This document shows positions 1-10,159 of a stretch of DNA of 64,000 nt, piece after piece. Every line of letters starts with the position of its first letter. Within the stretch, counting starts at the first letter, position 1. Both the position numbers and the translations under genes were made by a program. The stretch is from contig CAXXQS010000001.1 in NCBI GenBank assembly GCA_963674735.2, forward strand, positions 352,001-416,000, written 5' to 3'. The notes below the pieces were generated by a model. That model was given only the letters and a program-made list of their open reading frames with translations. It did not search any database and was not told the origin of the DNA. The stretch is from Myxococcota bacterium (GTDB lineage: Bacteria; Myxococcota_A; SURF-8).

Positions 1-799
1 CTTCGTTGAAGTTGCAGAACTGGCTCGCCGTGCATCCATCGCAGCACTCACAGTAGCCGTTGTTCGGGTTGCAGGTGCCCCAATCGCAACCGCTGACCGT
101 GCAGTTCTCGATGCAAACGCCGCCGGGGCCACAAACCATGTCGCCGGGGCAGTCGCCGCTGGTGTCGCAAGTTGAGCTGTCGCCGTCGGGGGTGTCGCCG
201 TCGGTATCGTCACCGTCGGTATTGTCGCCGTCGGTGCTCGGATCGGTGTCGGTTTTGTCGGTGTCGACATCGCCGTCGGGATCTTCGGTGCAGACCGGAA
301 CCTGACCTTCACAGGTGAGGGAATCGGGGTTGCAACGCTGACCCGGCCAGCAGTCGCGCGAATTCTGGCAATCCGGATATTTTTCTTCGCATTTGCCGAG
401 ACAGCAGAAGCAGCTGACATCGCCGCAGTTGGCGTCGGTCAGGCAGGCTTTGCCAACACAGGTGCCAGCAGGCTCATCGGTGCTATCGGTGTCGCCATCG
501 GTGCCACCACCGGGGATGCATTTGCCGATGCCGTCAACGGAATCCGGCGCGATGTAACAGGAGTAATCCTCAGGGCAGTCAAGGTCCGACTGACAGGGGC
601 CAGCTTTGGGGTCGACGGCGCAAACGCCTTCGGTGGCCAAGCAGCTATAACCCTCGGGGCAATCCTCATGGACGGCACAGGGGACAGGATCGGTTTCGTC
701 GCCCGAGCTTCCATCATCGCTGCATTGCACCAGGAACACACTCGACGTGAGTGTCAGCACCAAGGCAAAAAACAACGCGCTTCTCCGCATCAACTTCAT
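1..799 (-). CDS. Cys-rich lipoprotein with DGD repeats (partial, runs off left edge; absent from ORF track)
   Basis: Read manually from ATG at 799 with GGAG RBS: MKLMRRSALFFALVLTLTSSVFLVQC-SDDG..., then Cys-rich modules and TDGDNTDGDDTDGDTPDGD; open to base 1. Confidence 0.85.
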   Translation of the reverse strand, partial: MKLMRRSALFFALVLTLTSSVFLVQCSDDGSSGDETDPVPCAVHEDCPEGYSCLATEGVCAVDPKAGPCQSDLDCPEDYSCYIAPDSVDGIGKCIPGGGTDGDTDSTDEPAGTCVGKACLTDANCGDVSCFCCLGKCEEKYPDCQNSRDCWPGQRCNPDSLTCEGQVPVCTEDPDGDVDTDKTDTDPSTDGDNTDGDDTDGDTPDGDSSTCDTSGDCPGDMVCGPGGVCIENCTVSGCDWGTCNPNNGYCECCDGCTASQFCNFNE

Positions 800-915
800 C
801 ACTCTTCTCCTTCTGGCTGAAAGTACCAGGGAAAAACAAGAACTTCCCAGCAAACCCGTGGCGAGCTCATTAGGCACTTTATCTTGCTTATTATAGAAAA
901 GTTTGCTTTCGAGTC

Positions 916-935
916 AAGCATTATTATTAATGCTT
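916..935. promoter_or_regulatory. Perfect inverted repeat, candidate operator in divergent intergenic region
   Basis: AAGCATTA-TTAT-TAATGCTT in AT-rich spacer between divergent genes. Confidence 0.3.
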
Positions 936-1120
936 TTCCAATTGCGACACGTTCAAAGTTCGCTTTACGCATTGAGTCAACCGTCACGGTTATACAAAGC
1001 TTGTCCAACCATTTGTAACATGTTAAAAAAAGAGATGGAAAAGGCAAGCTATTAATTGTAATCAACTGTTACCTGCTTCGGGGTTCGAGGCAGGCAACAT
1101 GGTTTTCATTACAGAACGGA

Positions 1121-1492
1121 GTGGACGTGGAACTCACCGGCAAACAAAAGCATCACTTACGCGCCCTTGGCCACCATCTCGATCCTGTGGTCTGGCTGGG
1201 TAAAAACGGTCTCGACGCTCCCCAGCTTGATTTCATCGATCAAGCGCTGTGGGATCACGAATTGATCAAGGTCAAAGTCGGGAAATCGGCTCCTTTCGAT
1301 GTAAAAGAAATGATCGAGATTGTCGAAGCCGAAACCGGAGCGCTCTGTGTGCAGAAAATCGGTAAACTGGGTATGTTTTTCCGTCCCAATGCCGACGAGC
1401 CGAAGATCCGCGTCCCGGGTTTCAAGGCCGATCCCGCTTCGCTTGTGCGTCCGCGTCTGCGAGCCTCGGAAAACCCCTCCCAGGGAGAATAG
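1121..1492 (+). CDS. yhbY: YhbY family (CRM domain) RNA-binding protein
   Basis: LTGKQKHHLRALGHHLDPVVWLGKNGL...HELIKVK...QKIGK matches YhbY signature. Confidence 0.9.
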   Translation: MDVELTGKQKHHLRALGHHLDPVVWLGKNGLDAPQLDFIDQALWDHELIKVKVGKSAPFDVKEMIEIVEAETGALCVQKIGKLGMFFRPNADEPKIRVPGFKADPASLVRPRLRASENPSQGE

Positions 1493-1575
1493 AAATAGGA
1501 AATTCTTTCGTATTGGCAGATACTTCGATTCCTGGTACCATGGCGTGATCGCGGATCAAACACCAGGAGGGACGC

Positions 1576-2352
1576 ATGCCGGAGGTCCGTTTCGAGAAAA
1601 ATGACGGGGTGGCGACGCTGACCATCGATCGCGCCGACCGCCGTAACGCCATCACGCAGGCGGTGGTCAATCAACTTCGCGCCGGATTGATGCGTGCCAG
1701 CCACGACAACGACATCCGTCTGGTGGTTCTCACCGGGGCTGGGGAGACCGTTTTCTGTGCAGGAGGCGATCTGGGCCGCGAAACCGCCGATGCGGGAACC
1801 ATCAGTCGCTACAACGCCAACCACGAATTGATGGAATTCCTCAACGATCTTAGGTTGTTGAACAAACCGAGCATTGCGCGGGTGAATGGGCATGCGTTGG
1901 GGGCGGGTTTGGCGATTCTGTTGGCCTGCGATTTGGCCGTGGCGGTGGAGGATGCCCGCCTGGGCTGTCCCGAACTCAAGGTCGGCGTGTTTCCCATGCT
2001 CACCGCCGCACTGCTTAGCCGCAGCACCGGTCCGAAAAAAGCCTTCGAGTTGATGCTGACCGGGCAGCAGATTACGGCCGTCGAGGCTGAACGGATGGGC
2101 TTGCTCAACCATGCGGTGGCGCGTGCCGATCTCGATATCAAGTTACAGGAATTGCTCAGTCGCGTCGGAGATTTCTCGCCGGTGGCCGTGCGCCTGGGGC
2201 GCGAAGCGTTCGTGCGGCAGACGGACATGAGCCTGCCCGATGCCTATAGCTATTTGCTTTCACAGTTGACGCTCAACTTACAAACCGAGGACGCCAAAGA
2301 AGGCGTGCAGGCCTTTTTGCAGAAACGGAAGCCGGAATGGAAGGGACGCTAG
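1576..2352 (+). CDS. Enoyl-CoA hydratase/isomerase (crotonase) family protein
   Basis: FCAGGDL, ARVNGHALGAG, PELKVG, EGVQAFLQKRKPEWKGR; AGGAGG RBS. Confidence 0.92.
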   Translation: MPEVRFEKNDGVATLTIDRADRRNAITQAVVNQLRAGLMRASHDNDIRLVVLTGAGETVFCAGGDLGRETADAGTISRYNANHELMEFLNDLRLLNKPSIARVNGHALGAGLAILLACDLAVAVEDARLGCPELKVGVFPMLTAALLSRSTGPKKAFELMLTGQQITAVEAERMGLLNHAVARADLDIKLQELLSRVGDFSPVAVRLGREAFVRQTDMSLPDAYSYLLSQLTLNLQTEDAKEGVQAFLQKRKPEWKGR

Positions 2353-2735
2353 AGAACGCCCTGTGGTGGCAGATCCTCAAGATCGCGCTGTTTATGGGTG
2401 GGGCGGTTTTCGCGATTCGCTACGTGCGGCGCTGGCTGTTCCCGGACAAGGGCCCGCCCAAGCCGCCGGAACCGCCGCGCGCGTGGCAAAACGGGCGTCC
2501 GGTGACACCCGAAATCCTCACGGCCGGACAACGGGTCATGCGCGATGACGGGCTGTGGTTCGTCTACCTGCGAAAAGCCGAGCCCGATGAGTTTCGTGAA
2601 GGAATCGAGGAGTGGTTGTTTCATCCGCCCGGGCAGGAACGCGAATTTTGGGTGGGCTTGACCCGCGATGAATTTGTCGATCTGCGCCTTGTCGATATCG
2701 ATGCCGACCCGCCTTCCGGTGAACCGGCCCCGTAA
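2337..2735 (+). CDS. Hypothetical protein with N-terminal membrane anchor
   Basis: Hydrophobic N-terminal helix then Pro-rich linker; overlaps upstream stop, operonic. Confidence 0.65.
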   Translation: MEGTLENALWWQILKIALFMGGAVFAIRYVRRWLFPDKGPPKPPEPPRAWQNGRPVTPEILTAGQRVMRDDGLWFVYLRKAEPDEFREGIEEWLFHPPGQEREFWVGLTRDEFVDLRLVDIDADPPSGEPAP

Positions 2736-2743
2736 TCGGGAGA

Positions 2744-3340
2744 ATGCCTGTGCCTAAAAGCTCAAGTTCGAAGTCTCGCAGCGCTGCGGCCAAACCGACC
2801 GGAAAACGCCTGTCCATCCGCTACGCCCGGCCGGGCGAAATGGAGGACGTGTGGCGGTTGGATCTGTTTAACCTGAAAGAAAACTGGGATTTGCATCCCG
2901 CCACCGGCGGTCCGCCTTCGCTACTACAGGTGGCCGAACGCCACGTCGAAAGCGTGCGCAGTTGGTTCGACCCTTCCATTCACCGTATGCTGGTGGCCGT
3001 TCGCGATGAACGCATCATCGGGTTGGTGTGGTACTCGCTGCAGCAGGACCGGCTGTTCGACTTTCCCTGCGCGTTCGTCTATTCGGTCGTGGTGCATCCC
3101 AAGTATCGCCGCCAAGGCATCGCCCGCCGCATGTTGAACGAAGTGCGTCGCCGGGCCTACAAAGGCGGCGCGAAATACATGCGGTTGGCGGTTCTGCACA
3201 ACAACAACCGCGCCATGAATCTTTACCGCAACCTGGGGTTTTTCGAGGAAACGCACTACCTGCTGGCACGTCTCGAACCCACCGGCCCCGAAAAAGCCAA
3301 GCAGGAAGCGGCGGAGAAGAAGCGGAAGACAGGAAAATAG
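2744..3340 (+). CDS. GNAT family N-acetyltransferase
   Basis: VHPKYRRQGIA acetyl-CoA motif and NNRAMNLYRNLGF. Confidence 0.9.
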   Translation: MPVPKSSSSKSRSAAAKPTGKRLSIRYARPGEMEDVWRLDLFNLKENWDLHPATGGPPSLLQVAERHVESVRSWFDPSIHRMLVAVRDERIIGLVWYSLQQDRLFDFPCAFVYSVVVHPKYRRQGIARRMLNEVRRRAYKGGAKYMRLAVLHNNNRAMNLYRNLGFFEETHYLLARLEPTGPEKAKQEAAEKKRKTGK

Positions 3341-3385
3341 TCGAAAGAAGGCGATTGCCTGCTTCTCTCCCCATACATTTTCCCT

Positions 3386-6091
3386 CTAAAAATCGATGTT
3401 GTCGCCGGTGTGCGGGTCCACCGGACGCGAGAGCGGCCAAGCGGCGAACTCGCCGGTGTAGAGAAAACGGTAGGCCGCCATCGTGCGTAGAACTTTTTTC
3501 ACGTATTCGCGGGTCTGTTTGAATTCGATCGATTCGATGAACTCGTCCCATTCCTGGGTGGGGTAGCGCTCAAGCCAGGTTTCCACGTTGTGCGGTCCGC
3601 CGTTGTAGGCCGCCGCCGCCAGCGGAATCTGGCGCTGGAACTTGACCAGCAGTTGTCCCAGATACCACGTTCCATATTGGATACTGGTTTCGCGGTCGAA
3701 GAGTCGGGCGCGGTTGAAGCCGGGATCGGGCATGGCGGCGGCGATGCGGTCGCCGGTATGCGGCATGATCTGCATCAGCCCACGCGCACTCATATACGAC
3801 TCGGCTAGGGGCGAAAAGTGGCTTTCGGTGCGCATGATGGACAACACGAAATCATCGGGGACGTCGTAAGCTTCGGCCCAGGTTTTCACCGAGTCGGGAT
3901 AGGCGGCGGGATACCACATGCGGCGGCGCGTCTCCCAGGCGATGCGCTGGCGCTCGCGGCTATCGAGGAAGCGTGTAAAAAGTCGGAAGGCGGCCGCATT
4001 GTCCGCGTTACCCAATGCCGCCCCGATCAGATCGAAAAAGACTTTTCCCGGCAGTTGATCCAAAGCGGCGAGACGGTCCTCGCCCAATTTTAGAGTAATG
4101 TCCGGGTGGGCGCGGTTGGGACGCTGGGCGGTTTCGATGTGGTCGAGCAGACGTTTGAAGGCCTGGCGAGATTCTTCCGTCAAACCGAGACGTTGCCAAG
4201 CCAGGGCGCGTCGCAGATCGGGGAGAAGCGTTTCCAGTTGTTCGGCGTCCGAGCGCAGGCGGCGGTCGCGTCCACGGCTCAGGCGGTTCCATCGGTCGGT
4301 CAGCTCGATTTGGCGTTCGGCAAAACCGCGCCGCAGGTCGGTCAGGGAATAGGGCGGGCGATTCTCCGCTGCGGCCAGTTCCGTCTGCCAGGCTTCGTCT
4401 CGCTGTTTGTGCAAGCGGTTGACTTCTGCATCGGCCACCGGTTCGGCTGCGACGGCGTCGAGTTTGACCGGTTGTAGATCGCCCGGGACCGCATGCAGGG
4501 TATCGGGCGTCGTCATTTCATGCAGTCGAGACAGGGCGGCCAGCCGGTAATAGTTGAACAGTCCGCTTCCGGCGAGATGGACGTAATAGCTTTTCGCTCG
4601 ACCGAGTTCACCTTGGATATGATGGATGCGCCCGATCCAGTAGAGACAGGCATGTGCATAAGCGCTGCCGCCGTTTTGTTTCCGTAATTCGCGAAAACGG
4701 GCCAGGGCTTCGTCGTAGCGGCCTACACGGAAGGCGAACCAGCCTCTGAACCAGAGCGCTTTACGGGCGAAAGGACTGCGCGGATTGTCCCGCATGACTT
4801 GCGCCAGCAGGCGTTCGGCGTCGTCGAAACGTTGTGGCAGGTGCCCCAGAAGCCAACCCGCCATGAATTCCGCCTCGACTTTTTCCGAGTTGTTCAATTC
4901 CTGAGCGAGTGCGGTGTATTGGCGACTGGCCTCCTCCAGACGGTTCAAGCGGCCAAACGCCTTTGCGATGAGCTTCCGCACCTGCGGACCGCGTTTGGGG
5001 GGTAGATCGGGGGAACGATTCAAGGCATCGAGCACCGCGAGAGCGTCGTCGTAACGTTGAAGGTTGAAGTAGACGCGCGCCTTTGTGACGGCCAGCTCGT
5101 GCAGCGAGTCCAAGTCCAGGTCGAGGGTCCGCGCGGCCAGACGGCGTTCGGCGCGTTCGATCAGCGCCAGCGATTCTTCATTGGCGTAGATGCGGCGAAG
5201 TTGGTCGGCCAAAGCGGTCAAGGCGGGGCCGTCTTCCGGGTCGAAAGACAGACCTTCCGCCTCCAACTGCACGATACGGTTGCGAAGCTTCCCGTTGCCG
5301 CGAGAATTGGGGACGAAGCGGTTGATGCGACGTAAAACGGCGATTTCGTGCTTCAGGTCTCCCTTTTGACGGTAGGCGCGGGCGCGGGCCCAACGCAAGT
5401 CGTCAACCAACGGGTGGGACGTGCTCCAGAATTCGGAGTAGCGCTTTTCAAATTGGATGGAACGATAAATGACGGTATCGGCGTGCTTCATGGCCAACAG
5501 GCAATCCAGTTCCTTGACCTGAGCGTCGAATAGATGCGGGCGTTCCCACAATTGTGGATCGGCGTTCACGCTCCAATCTGCGGGCAGGTTGGAAATCCGC
5601 CGGTAGTGGCGGCGCGCGGCGGGGTAGTTTTGCAAGCGGAAATAAGCTTCGGCGGCCATGTAGTGCAAGTCGAAAGAGAGATTGCCGAATTTGGAGGTGC
5701 TGGGTTCCAGCCAACGGACGGCCTCCGCATCGCGTCCTTGTCGGATGGCGGCATAGGCCAGCAGTAAGCGGCTGCGATGATTCCAGTTTTTGGCATGGGG
5801 GCTTTCGCGCAGATGAAGTAGGCGGCGCTCGACGGCGTCCCAGGCCTGGCGGCGCACGAGGTCAAGGGTGTTTTCATAAAGCGTCGAGACGTCACGCGGG
5901 CCGTGTTTGGCGGGCAGTCGCCACGAGGGAGCGAGAATATCCGCCTCGGGCATATGTGCGCTTGGTTCGATAGCCGCTGTTGTGGGTGGAACGGGACCGG
6001 CCGTGCGGCGACCGGCTGTTTGCCCGGCTGCCTCGAAAGTCGAGCCCAGTAGCAGGACGGCCAGCAGAAAAAGGATCGGCAGTCGCGACAT
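3386..6091 (-). CDS. Soluble lytic murein transglycosylase (SLT domain) with TPR repeats
   Basis: Signal peptide, TPR-like helices, C-terminal IMRTESHF, ARGLMQIMP, AAYNGG. Confidence 0.92.
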   Translation of the reverse strand: MSRLPILFLLAVLLLGSTFEAAGQTAGRRTAGPVPPTTAAIEPSAHMPEADILAPSWRLPAKHGPRDVSTLYENTLDLVRRQAWDAVERRLLHLRESPHAKNWNHRSRLLLAYAAIRQGRDAEAVRWLEPSTSKFGNLSFDLHYMAAEAYFRLQNYPAARRHYRRISNLPADWSVNADPQLWERPHLFDAQVKELDCLLAMKHADTVIYRSIQFEKRYSEFWSTSHPLVDDLRWARARAYRQKGDLKHEIAVLRRINRFVPNSRGNGKLRNRIVQLEAEGLSFDPEDGPALTALADQLRRIYANEESLALIERAERRLAARTLDLDLDSLHELAVTKARVYFNLQRYDDALAVLDALNRSPDLPPKRGPQVRKLIAKAFGRLNRLEEASRQYTALAQELNNSEKVEAEFMAGWLLGHLPQRFDDAERLLAQVMRDNPRSPFARKALWFRGWFAFRVGRYDEALARFRELRKQNGGSAYAHACLYWIGRIHHIQGELGRAKSYYVHLAGSGLFNYYRLAALSRLHEMTTPDTLHAVPGDLQPVKLDAVAAEPVADAEVNRLHKQRDEAWQTELAAAENRPPYSLTDLRRGFAERQIELTDRWNRLSRGRDRRLRSDAEQLETLLPDLRRALAWQRLGLTEESRQAFKRLLDHIETAQRPNRAHPDITLKLGEDRLAALDQLPGKVFFDLIGAALGNADNAAAFRLFTRFLDSRERQRIAWETRRRMWYPAAYPDSVKTWAEAYDVPDDFVLSIMRTESHFSPLAESYMSARGLMQIMPHTGDRIAAAMPDPGFNRARLFDRETSIQYGTWYLGQLLVKFQRQIPLAAAAYNGGPHNVETWLERYPTQEWDEFIESIEFKQTREYVKKVLRTMAAYRFLYTGEFAAWPLSRPVDPHTGDNIDF

Positions 6092-6092
6092 A

Positions 6093-6524
6093 TCAGGCTT
6101 TTCCCTCGATGGTATCTTTGAACTGTTGCAGCATGGCCGGTAGGCTGAAATCGACCAGCTTGGTGGAGACGATTCGTGGCATCAGTCCTTTGATTTTCAA
6201 TTCCTGGATGTAGGTAGCGCGCGTGATTTGGCGGTTCAGGGTTTCCAGCTCCCATCCTCCTTCGACTTTCTTCAGCCAGTTGCTGTCGACCAGCGTCCAG
6301 TGCAGGCGGCGAAACGGTTCTTCGACGATGCGCAAGGTGTAGATGATCGTCAGTTTGAACAGATTCAGTTCGAAGGTGACCACTTTTACGTGTTCCTGGC
6401 GGTCCACGATTTCGACTCGGGTAACATCCGGAAGAAAATCGGGATAGCGCGCATAGTCCGTTATGGCGTGGAAAACGGACTCCGCCGTCGCATGAATGTC
6501 GATAGAGCGGCGCGCTTGCGGCAT
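6093..6524 (-). CDS. SRPBCC/START (polyketide cyclase, RatA-like) protein
   Basis: SIDIHAT...DYARYPDFLP...GGWEL pattern; ATG at 6524 preceded by GAGG. Confidence 0.8.
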   Translation of the reverse strand: MPQARRSIDIHATAESVFHAITDYARYPDFLPDVTRVEIVDRQEHVKVVTFELNLFKLTIIYTLRIVEEPFRRLHWTLVDSNWLKKVEGGWELETLNRQITRATYIQELKIKGLMPRIVSTKLVDFSLPAMLQQFKDTIEGKA

Positions 6525-6851
6525 CTGGTTCAACCTCATTAACGAATCGTCGAGTTCTAAACCCATCGGGAGAATACCAAAGGCGGGCAATTAAAACAAG
6601 GCTGCGGTAAGTTCAATTGTTGTCTTTTTTATCCCGTGCAACAACGGTCGGCATTTTGGATGTGTTACGGTTTACGCGTGTCTTTTGACAGGGTTCCGCT
6701 GCTCGCTGCCATATCTGGAATAATTTCAAGAAAATTCTGATCATTGGGGTTGACCTCCATTGGGCATGTTGTGTAAACTCCCTAAAAACGTAGTCATGCA
6801 AAGTGTTTACATGTGATTTCTAAACGGAAACCCTAGGTTGCGAGGTGTGTG

Positions 6852-7307
6852 ATGGACATGGCGCAGATGGATGTTCTGTTTCAGCGAGCGATTCGGAGCG
6901 AGCAGGAGGCACATCGGTTTTATGCCGGTGTGATCGAGCGCGTCGACAATCCGACGGTGAAAGATATCTTTCGGCGCTTGGCGGAACAGGAAAAGGGTCA
7001 CGAGGAACTGCTCTGGAAGATGAAAGGGGATCCCACGCTGACCCATAAGATGACCGCCCCACCTGATTACAAGGTGGCTGAATCGGTCGAGTTGCCGGAG
7101 CTCAGCTTTGATATGAAACCGGCGGACGCCATTGCCCTGGCCATGAAAAAGGAACAGGAAGCGGTGGAATTTTATACCGGTATGGCGCAGTTGTTCGACG
7201 ATCCCGAAATGGTCAGTGTTTACCAGAATCTGGCCAATATGGAACTTGGGCACAAGCATCAGCTTGAAAAAGCCTTTGTCGATATCGGGTATCCGGAAGT
7301 CTGGTAG
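6852..7307 (+). CDS. Ferritin-like (rubrerythrin diiron domain) protein 1
   Basis: AIRSE..FY, EQEKGH, AMKKE..FY, MELGH: two E...ExxH halves, no rubredoxin domain. Confidence 0.9.
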   Translation: MDMAQMDVLFQRAIRSEQEAHRFYAGVIERVDNPTVKDIFRRLAEQEKGHEELLWKMKGDPTLTHKMTAPPDYKVAESVELPELSFDMKPADAIALAMKKEQEAVEFYTGMAQLFDDPEMVSVYQNLANMELGHKHQLEKAFVDIGYPEVW

Positions 7308-7339
7308 GCTGTGATCGCCTTGACACCTGTGAGGAACGC

Positions 7340-7837
7340 ATGAGCAAACGAATCAATATTTTGGAGGTCTACCGGACCGCCGAGCGAATCGAAGAAAACG
7401 GCGGTCGCTTTTATCGTCAGGCCGCCGAAATGGCCAGGGATGAAAACACCCGTCGCCTGTTGAGCAACCTGGCCGCCATGGAGGATGACCACGCCGCGAC
7501 CTTCGCCGATATGCGCGCGAAGCTGGAAGAGGAGAAGCTCGATCCGGCATCGTTCGACCTCAGCGAAACCAACAGTGCTTTCATGGAAGCTTTAACGTCG
7601 CAAAGCGTGTTCGACATGAGCGAGGACGCCACTGAACTAGCCTTGAAATCGGCGTCCATCGACGACATCCTGCATCTGGCGATCCAGCGGGAAAAGGATT
7701 CGGTCGTGTACTATATGGGGATTCGCGATCATATCCCCGAAAATTGGGGAATAGATCGTATCAGTTCGATAATCCAAGAGGAAATGGACCACGTTGCCAT
7801 GTTGAGCCAGGCTCTCACGAATATTTATCACATATAA
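7340..7837 (+). CDS. Ferritin-like (rubrerythrin diiron domain) protein 2
   Basis: ERIEENGGRFY, MEDDH, AIQREKDSVVYY, EEMDH. Confidence 0.9.
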   Translation: MSKRINILEVYRTAERIEENGGRFYRQAAEMARDENTRRLLSNLAAMEDDHAATFADMRAKLEEEKLDPASFDLSETNSAFMEALTSQSVFDMSEDATELALKSASIDDILHLAIQREKDSVVYYMGIRDHIPENWGIDRISSIIQEEMDHVAMLSQALTNIYHI

Positions 7838-7949
7838 GCATCCGGGTGCCGGAGCGCGGGTGGCCGAAGTCCGATTTCCGGTAGTGTGTTGGATGCTCGA
7901 TTGAGACGGCGTGGGTATGAATGGATAGGCCGATAACGGAGGTTCTTGA

Positions 7950-8462
7950 ATGGATGCGAGCACGCAACTTGTTCTGGACGGATTGGCGGAAGCGATCAAA
8001 GCGGAAAATGAAGGGCACCATTTCTATCGGATGGCGGCCATGACCACCCAGGACCCGCAGGGCAAGGAAGTTTTCACCGAGTTGGCCGAAGATGAGCTGG
8101 TTCATATGCGTTTTCTGGAAACGCAGGCCAGTATTATCCGTTCGACCGGCAAGGCCGATGCCAACACGCAGTTGCATGACCCCGATACCAAAAAGGGCGG
8201 CAGCCCCATTTTCTCCGATGCGATTAAAGATCGTATCGACGAGGCCCATTTTGAAATGACCGTCCTCTCGGTGGGGATGCAACTTGAAATGAGTGCGCAG
8301 AAATTTTATCGGGAACGCGCCGCCGAAGCCGTCGACCCGGTGGTCAAAAGGTTTTACGCCAAATTGGAAGCCTGGGAAGCCGGGCATTACGATGCGTTGT
8401 CGGCCCAGCAGGACATGTTGAAAGAGGCCTATTGGGCGGCGAACGGTTTTTCGCCGATGTAA
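7950..8462 (+). CDS. Ferritin-like (rubrerythrin diiron domain) protein 3
   Basis: AIKAENEGHHFY, DELVH, QLEMSAQKFY, WEAGH, C-terminal YW..NGFSPM. Confidence 0.9.
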   Translation: MDASTQLVLDGLAEAIKAENEGHHFYRMAAMTTQDPQGKEVFTELAEDELVHMRFLETQASIIRSTGKADANTQLHDPDTKKGGSPIFSDAIKDRIDEAHFEMTVLSVGMQLEMSAQKFYRERAAEAVDPVVKRFYAKLEAWEAGHYDALSAQQDMLKEAYWAANGFSPM

Positions 8463-8521
8463 CGGCATCGGCTGCCACAATACGATCCGATATACGAATG
8501 ACTGCGGAAGGGGTAAGGAGC

Positions 8522-8998
8522 ATGTCCGAGCATAACGAGCAGACGGCGGCAAACAAAAGTCGTCGCCGTTTTCTGGCCTTGACGGGAGTTGCGACGGTGG
8601 TCTGGGTAGGTGCCGCCGCCTATCCCGTGATTCGCTATATCAGTCCCATTCCCGCGCCCGATCCGTTCGGCGAGGATGGCCGGGCGAAGGTGGAGGGCAT
8701 CGTGCCTGCCGATATCCTTAAACCGGGCATGGGAAAGAGCGGGGCTTATGGCAGTCGTGGGCTGGTGGTTTTTCGCCGTCCCGACGGCACTACCGGTGCG
8801 CTGGATGCGAAATGCACCCACGCCGGCTGTAACGTGACCTTTGCGGGCGACCACATCGAGTGCCATTGCCACGGCGGTCTGTATGACCTCACCGGCAAGA
8901 ACGTCTCCGGGCCTCCCCCCAAACCGCTTACTCCGCTTAAGCTGGTCGAAGCCGACGGCGTCCTGTACGTCGAACGCGTGAAACCCTTGAAGGCCTGA
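8522..8998 (+). CDS. Rieske [2Fe-2S] protein of a Rieske/cytochrome b complex, Tat-exported
   Basis: SRRRFL Tat motif plus TM helix; CTHAGC and CHCHGGLY; GPPPKPL; AGGAG RBS before ATG 8522. Confidence 0.93.
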   Translation: MSEHNEQTAANKSRRRFLALTGVATVVWVGAAAYPVIRYISPIPAPDPFGEDGRAKVEGIVPADILKPGMGKSGAYGSRGLVVFRRPDGTTGALDAKCTHAGCNVTFAGDHIECHCHGGLYDLTGKNVSGPPPKPLTPLKLVEADGVLYVERVKPLKA

Positions 8999-9024
8999 AC
9001 CAGGCGACGCGAAAGGACCGATCC

Positions 9025-10143
9025 ATGGAACTGGACCCACGTTTCGCCGACGTTCCGGAAGACGCGGAACAGCAACTTCCTCCCTCCGACAAGCCCACGG
9101 GTATGGCGGCGCGCTTCGTTTTGCGACGCTTCCCCGTTTGGCCGCTGATTGCCTGGATGCTCAAGAAGAAAGTCCCGGTGCATCGTCACAGCATCTGGTA
9201 CACCATGGGTGGCGCGGCGATGTTTTTCTTCATCGTGCAGGTCGTCACGGGCATCCTGCTGATGATCTACTACAAACCGGGCCAGCCCTGGCAGTCGGTG
9301 CAGCGCATCGTGATGGAAGTGCCGTTCGGGGCGTTGATTCGCAGTGTGCATCATTGGAGCGCCAACCTGATGATCTTGATTCTGGCGCTGCATTTCTTCA
9401 GCACCTTTTTCATGAAGGCTTACCGCGCCCCGCGCGAATTTACCTGGCTGACCGGCATCGGGCTGCTGGCCCTGACCATGACGCTCGGTTTTTCGGGCTA
9501 CATGCTGCCTTGGGACGACGTCGCGTTTTTCGCCTCCCGCGTCGGGATCGGCGAACTGGAGAAGTCCCCGTTGATCGGACCCCTGTTGGCCGACATCGCC
9601 CGTGGCGGTCCCGATATCACCCTTGATACCGTTGGTCGATTCTTCATGTTGCATGTCTTTTTGCTGCCGCTGACCTTGATGGGCCTTCTGGGCTTGCACC
9701 TCTTTTTCATTCAGGTGCAAGGCGTCAGTGAACCCGACAGTTTCGCCGCGCAGCCGCCGGAGAAGAAGCGCTACCACAAGTTCTGGGAGTTCATGGTGGG
9801 CGAGATTCCCATCTGGCTGTTCTTGGGGGTGTTGCTCGTGGCGCTCTCGGCGCTGTTGCCGCGTACCTTGGAGCCGGAAGCCGATCCTTTCGCCCCGGCG
9901 CCTTTGGGGATCAAACCGGAGTGGTATTTCCTGTTTCCCTTCCAGGTGCTGAAGCTGTTCCCGGGGTCGCTGGAATTCGTGGGGATGGCGTTGACGGGTC
10001 TGATTCCGGCGGCGGCGGTTATGCTGCCGTTTGTCGACCGATCCGTCCCAGCCGATCAGCGCGGCAAGATGATTTCGCGGGCCGGTTTCGCTCTCCTGGT
10101 CGTGATCCTGTCGTTCACGATCTGGGGTTGGCTATCTAAATGA
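9025..10143 (+). CDS. Cytochrome b subunit (unsplit) of Rieske/cytochrome b complex
   Basis: RSVHHWSANLM..LH, GYMLPW, LHVFLLP..LH heme ligands, KPEWYFL Qo motif. Confidence 0.93.
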   Translation: MELDPRFADVPEDAEQQLPPSDKPTGMAARFVLRRFPVWPLIAWMLKKKVPVHRHSIWYTMGGAAMFFFIVQVVTGILLMIYYKPGQPWQSVQRIVMEVPFGALIRSVHHWSANLMILILALHFFSTFFMKAYRAPREFTWLTGIGLLALTMTLGFSGYMLPWDDVAFFASRVGIGELEKSPLIGPLLADIARGGPDITLDTVGRFFMLHVFLLPLTLMGLLGLHLFFIQVQGVSEPDSFAAQPPEKKRYHKFWEFMVGEIPIWLFLGVLLVALSALLPRTLEPEADPFAPAPLGIKPEWYFLFPFQVLKLFPGSLEFVGMALTGLIPAAAVMLPFVDRSVPADQRGKMISRAGFALLVVILSFTIWGWLSK

Positions 10144-10159
10144 AGGAGAGGAGACAGCG

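Noticed and set aside
6852-8462. Encapsulin cargo system
   Set aside because: No encapsulin shell gene nearby and no LxIGSL-type targeting peptide at the ferritin-like C-termini
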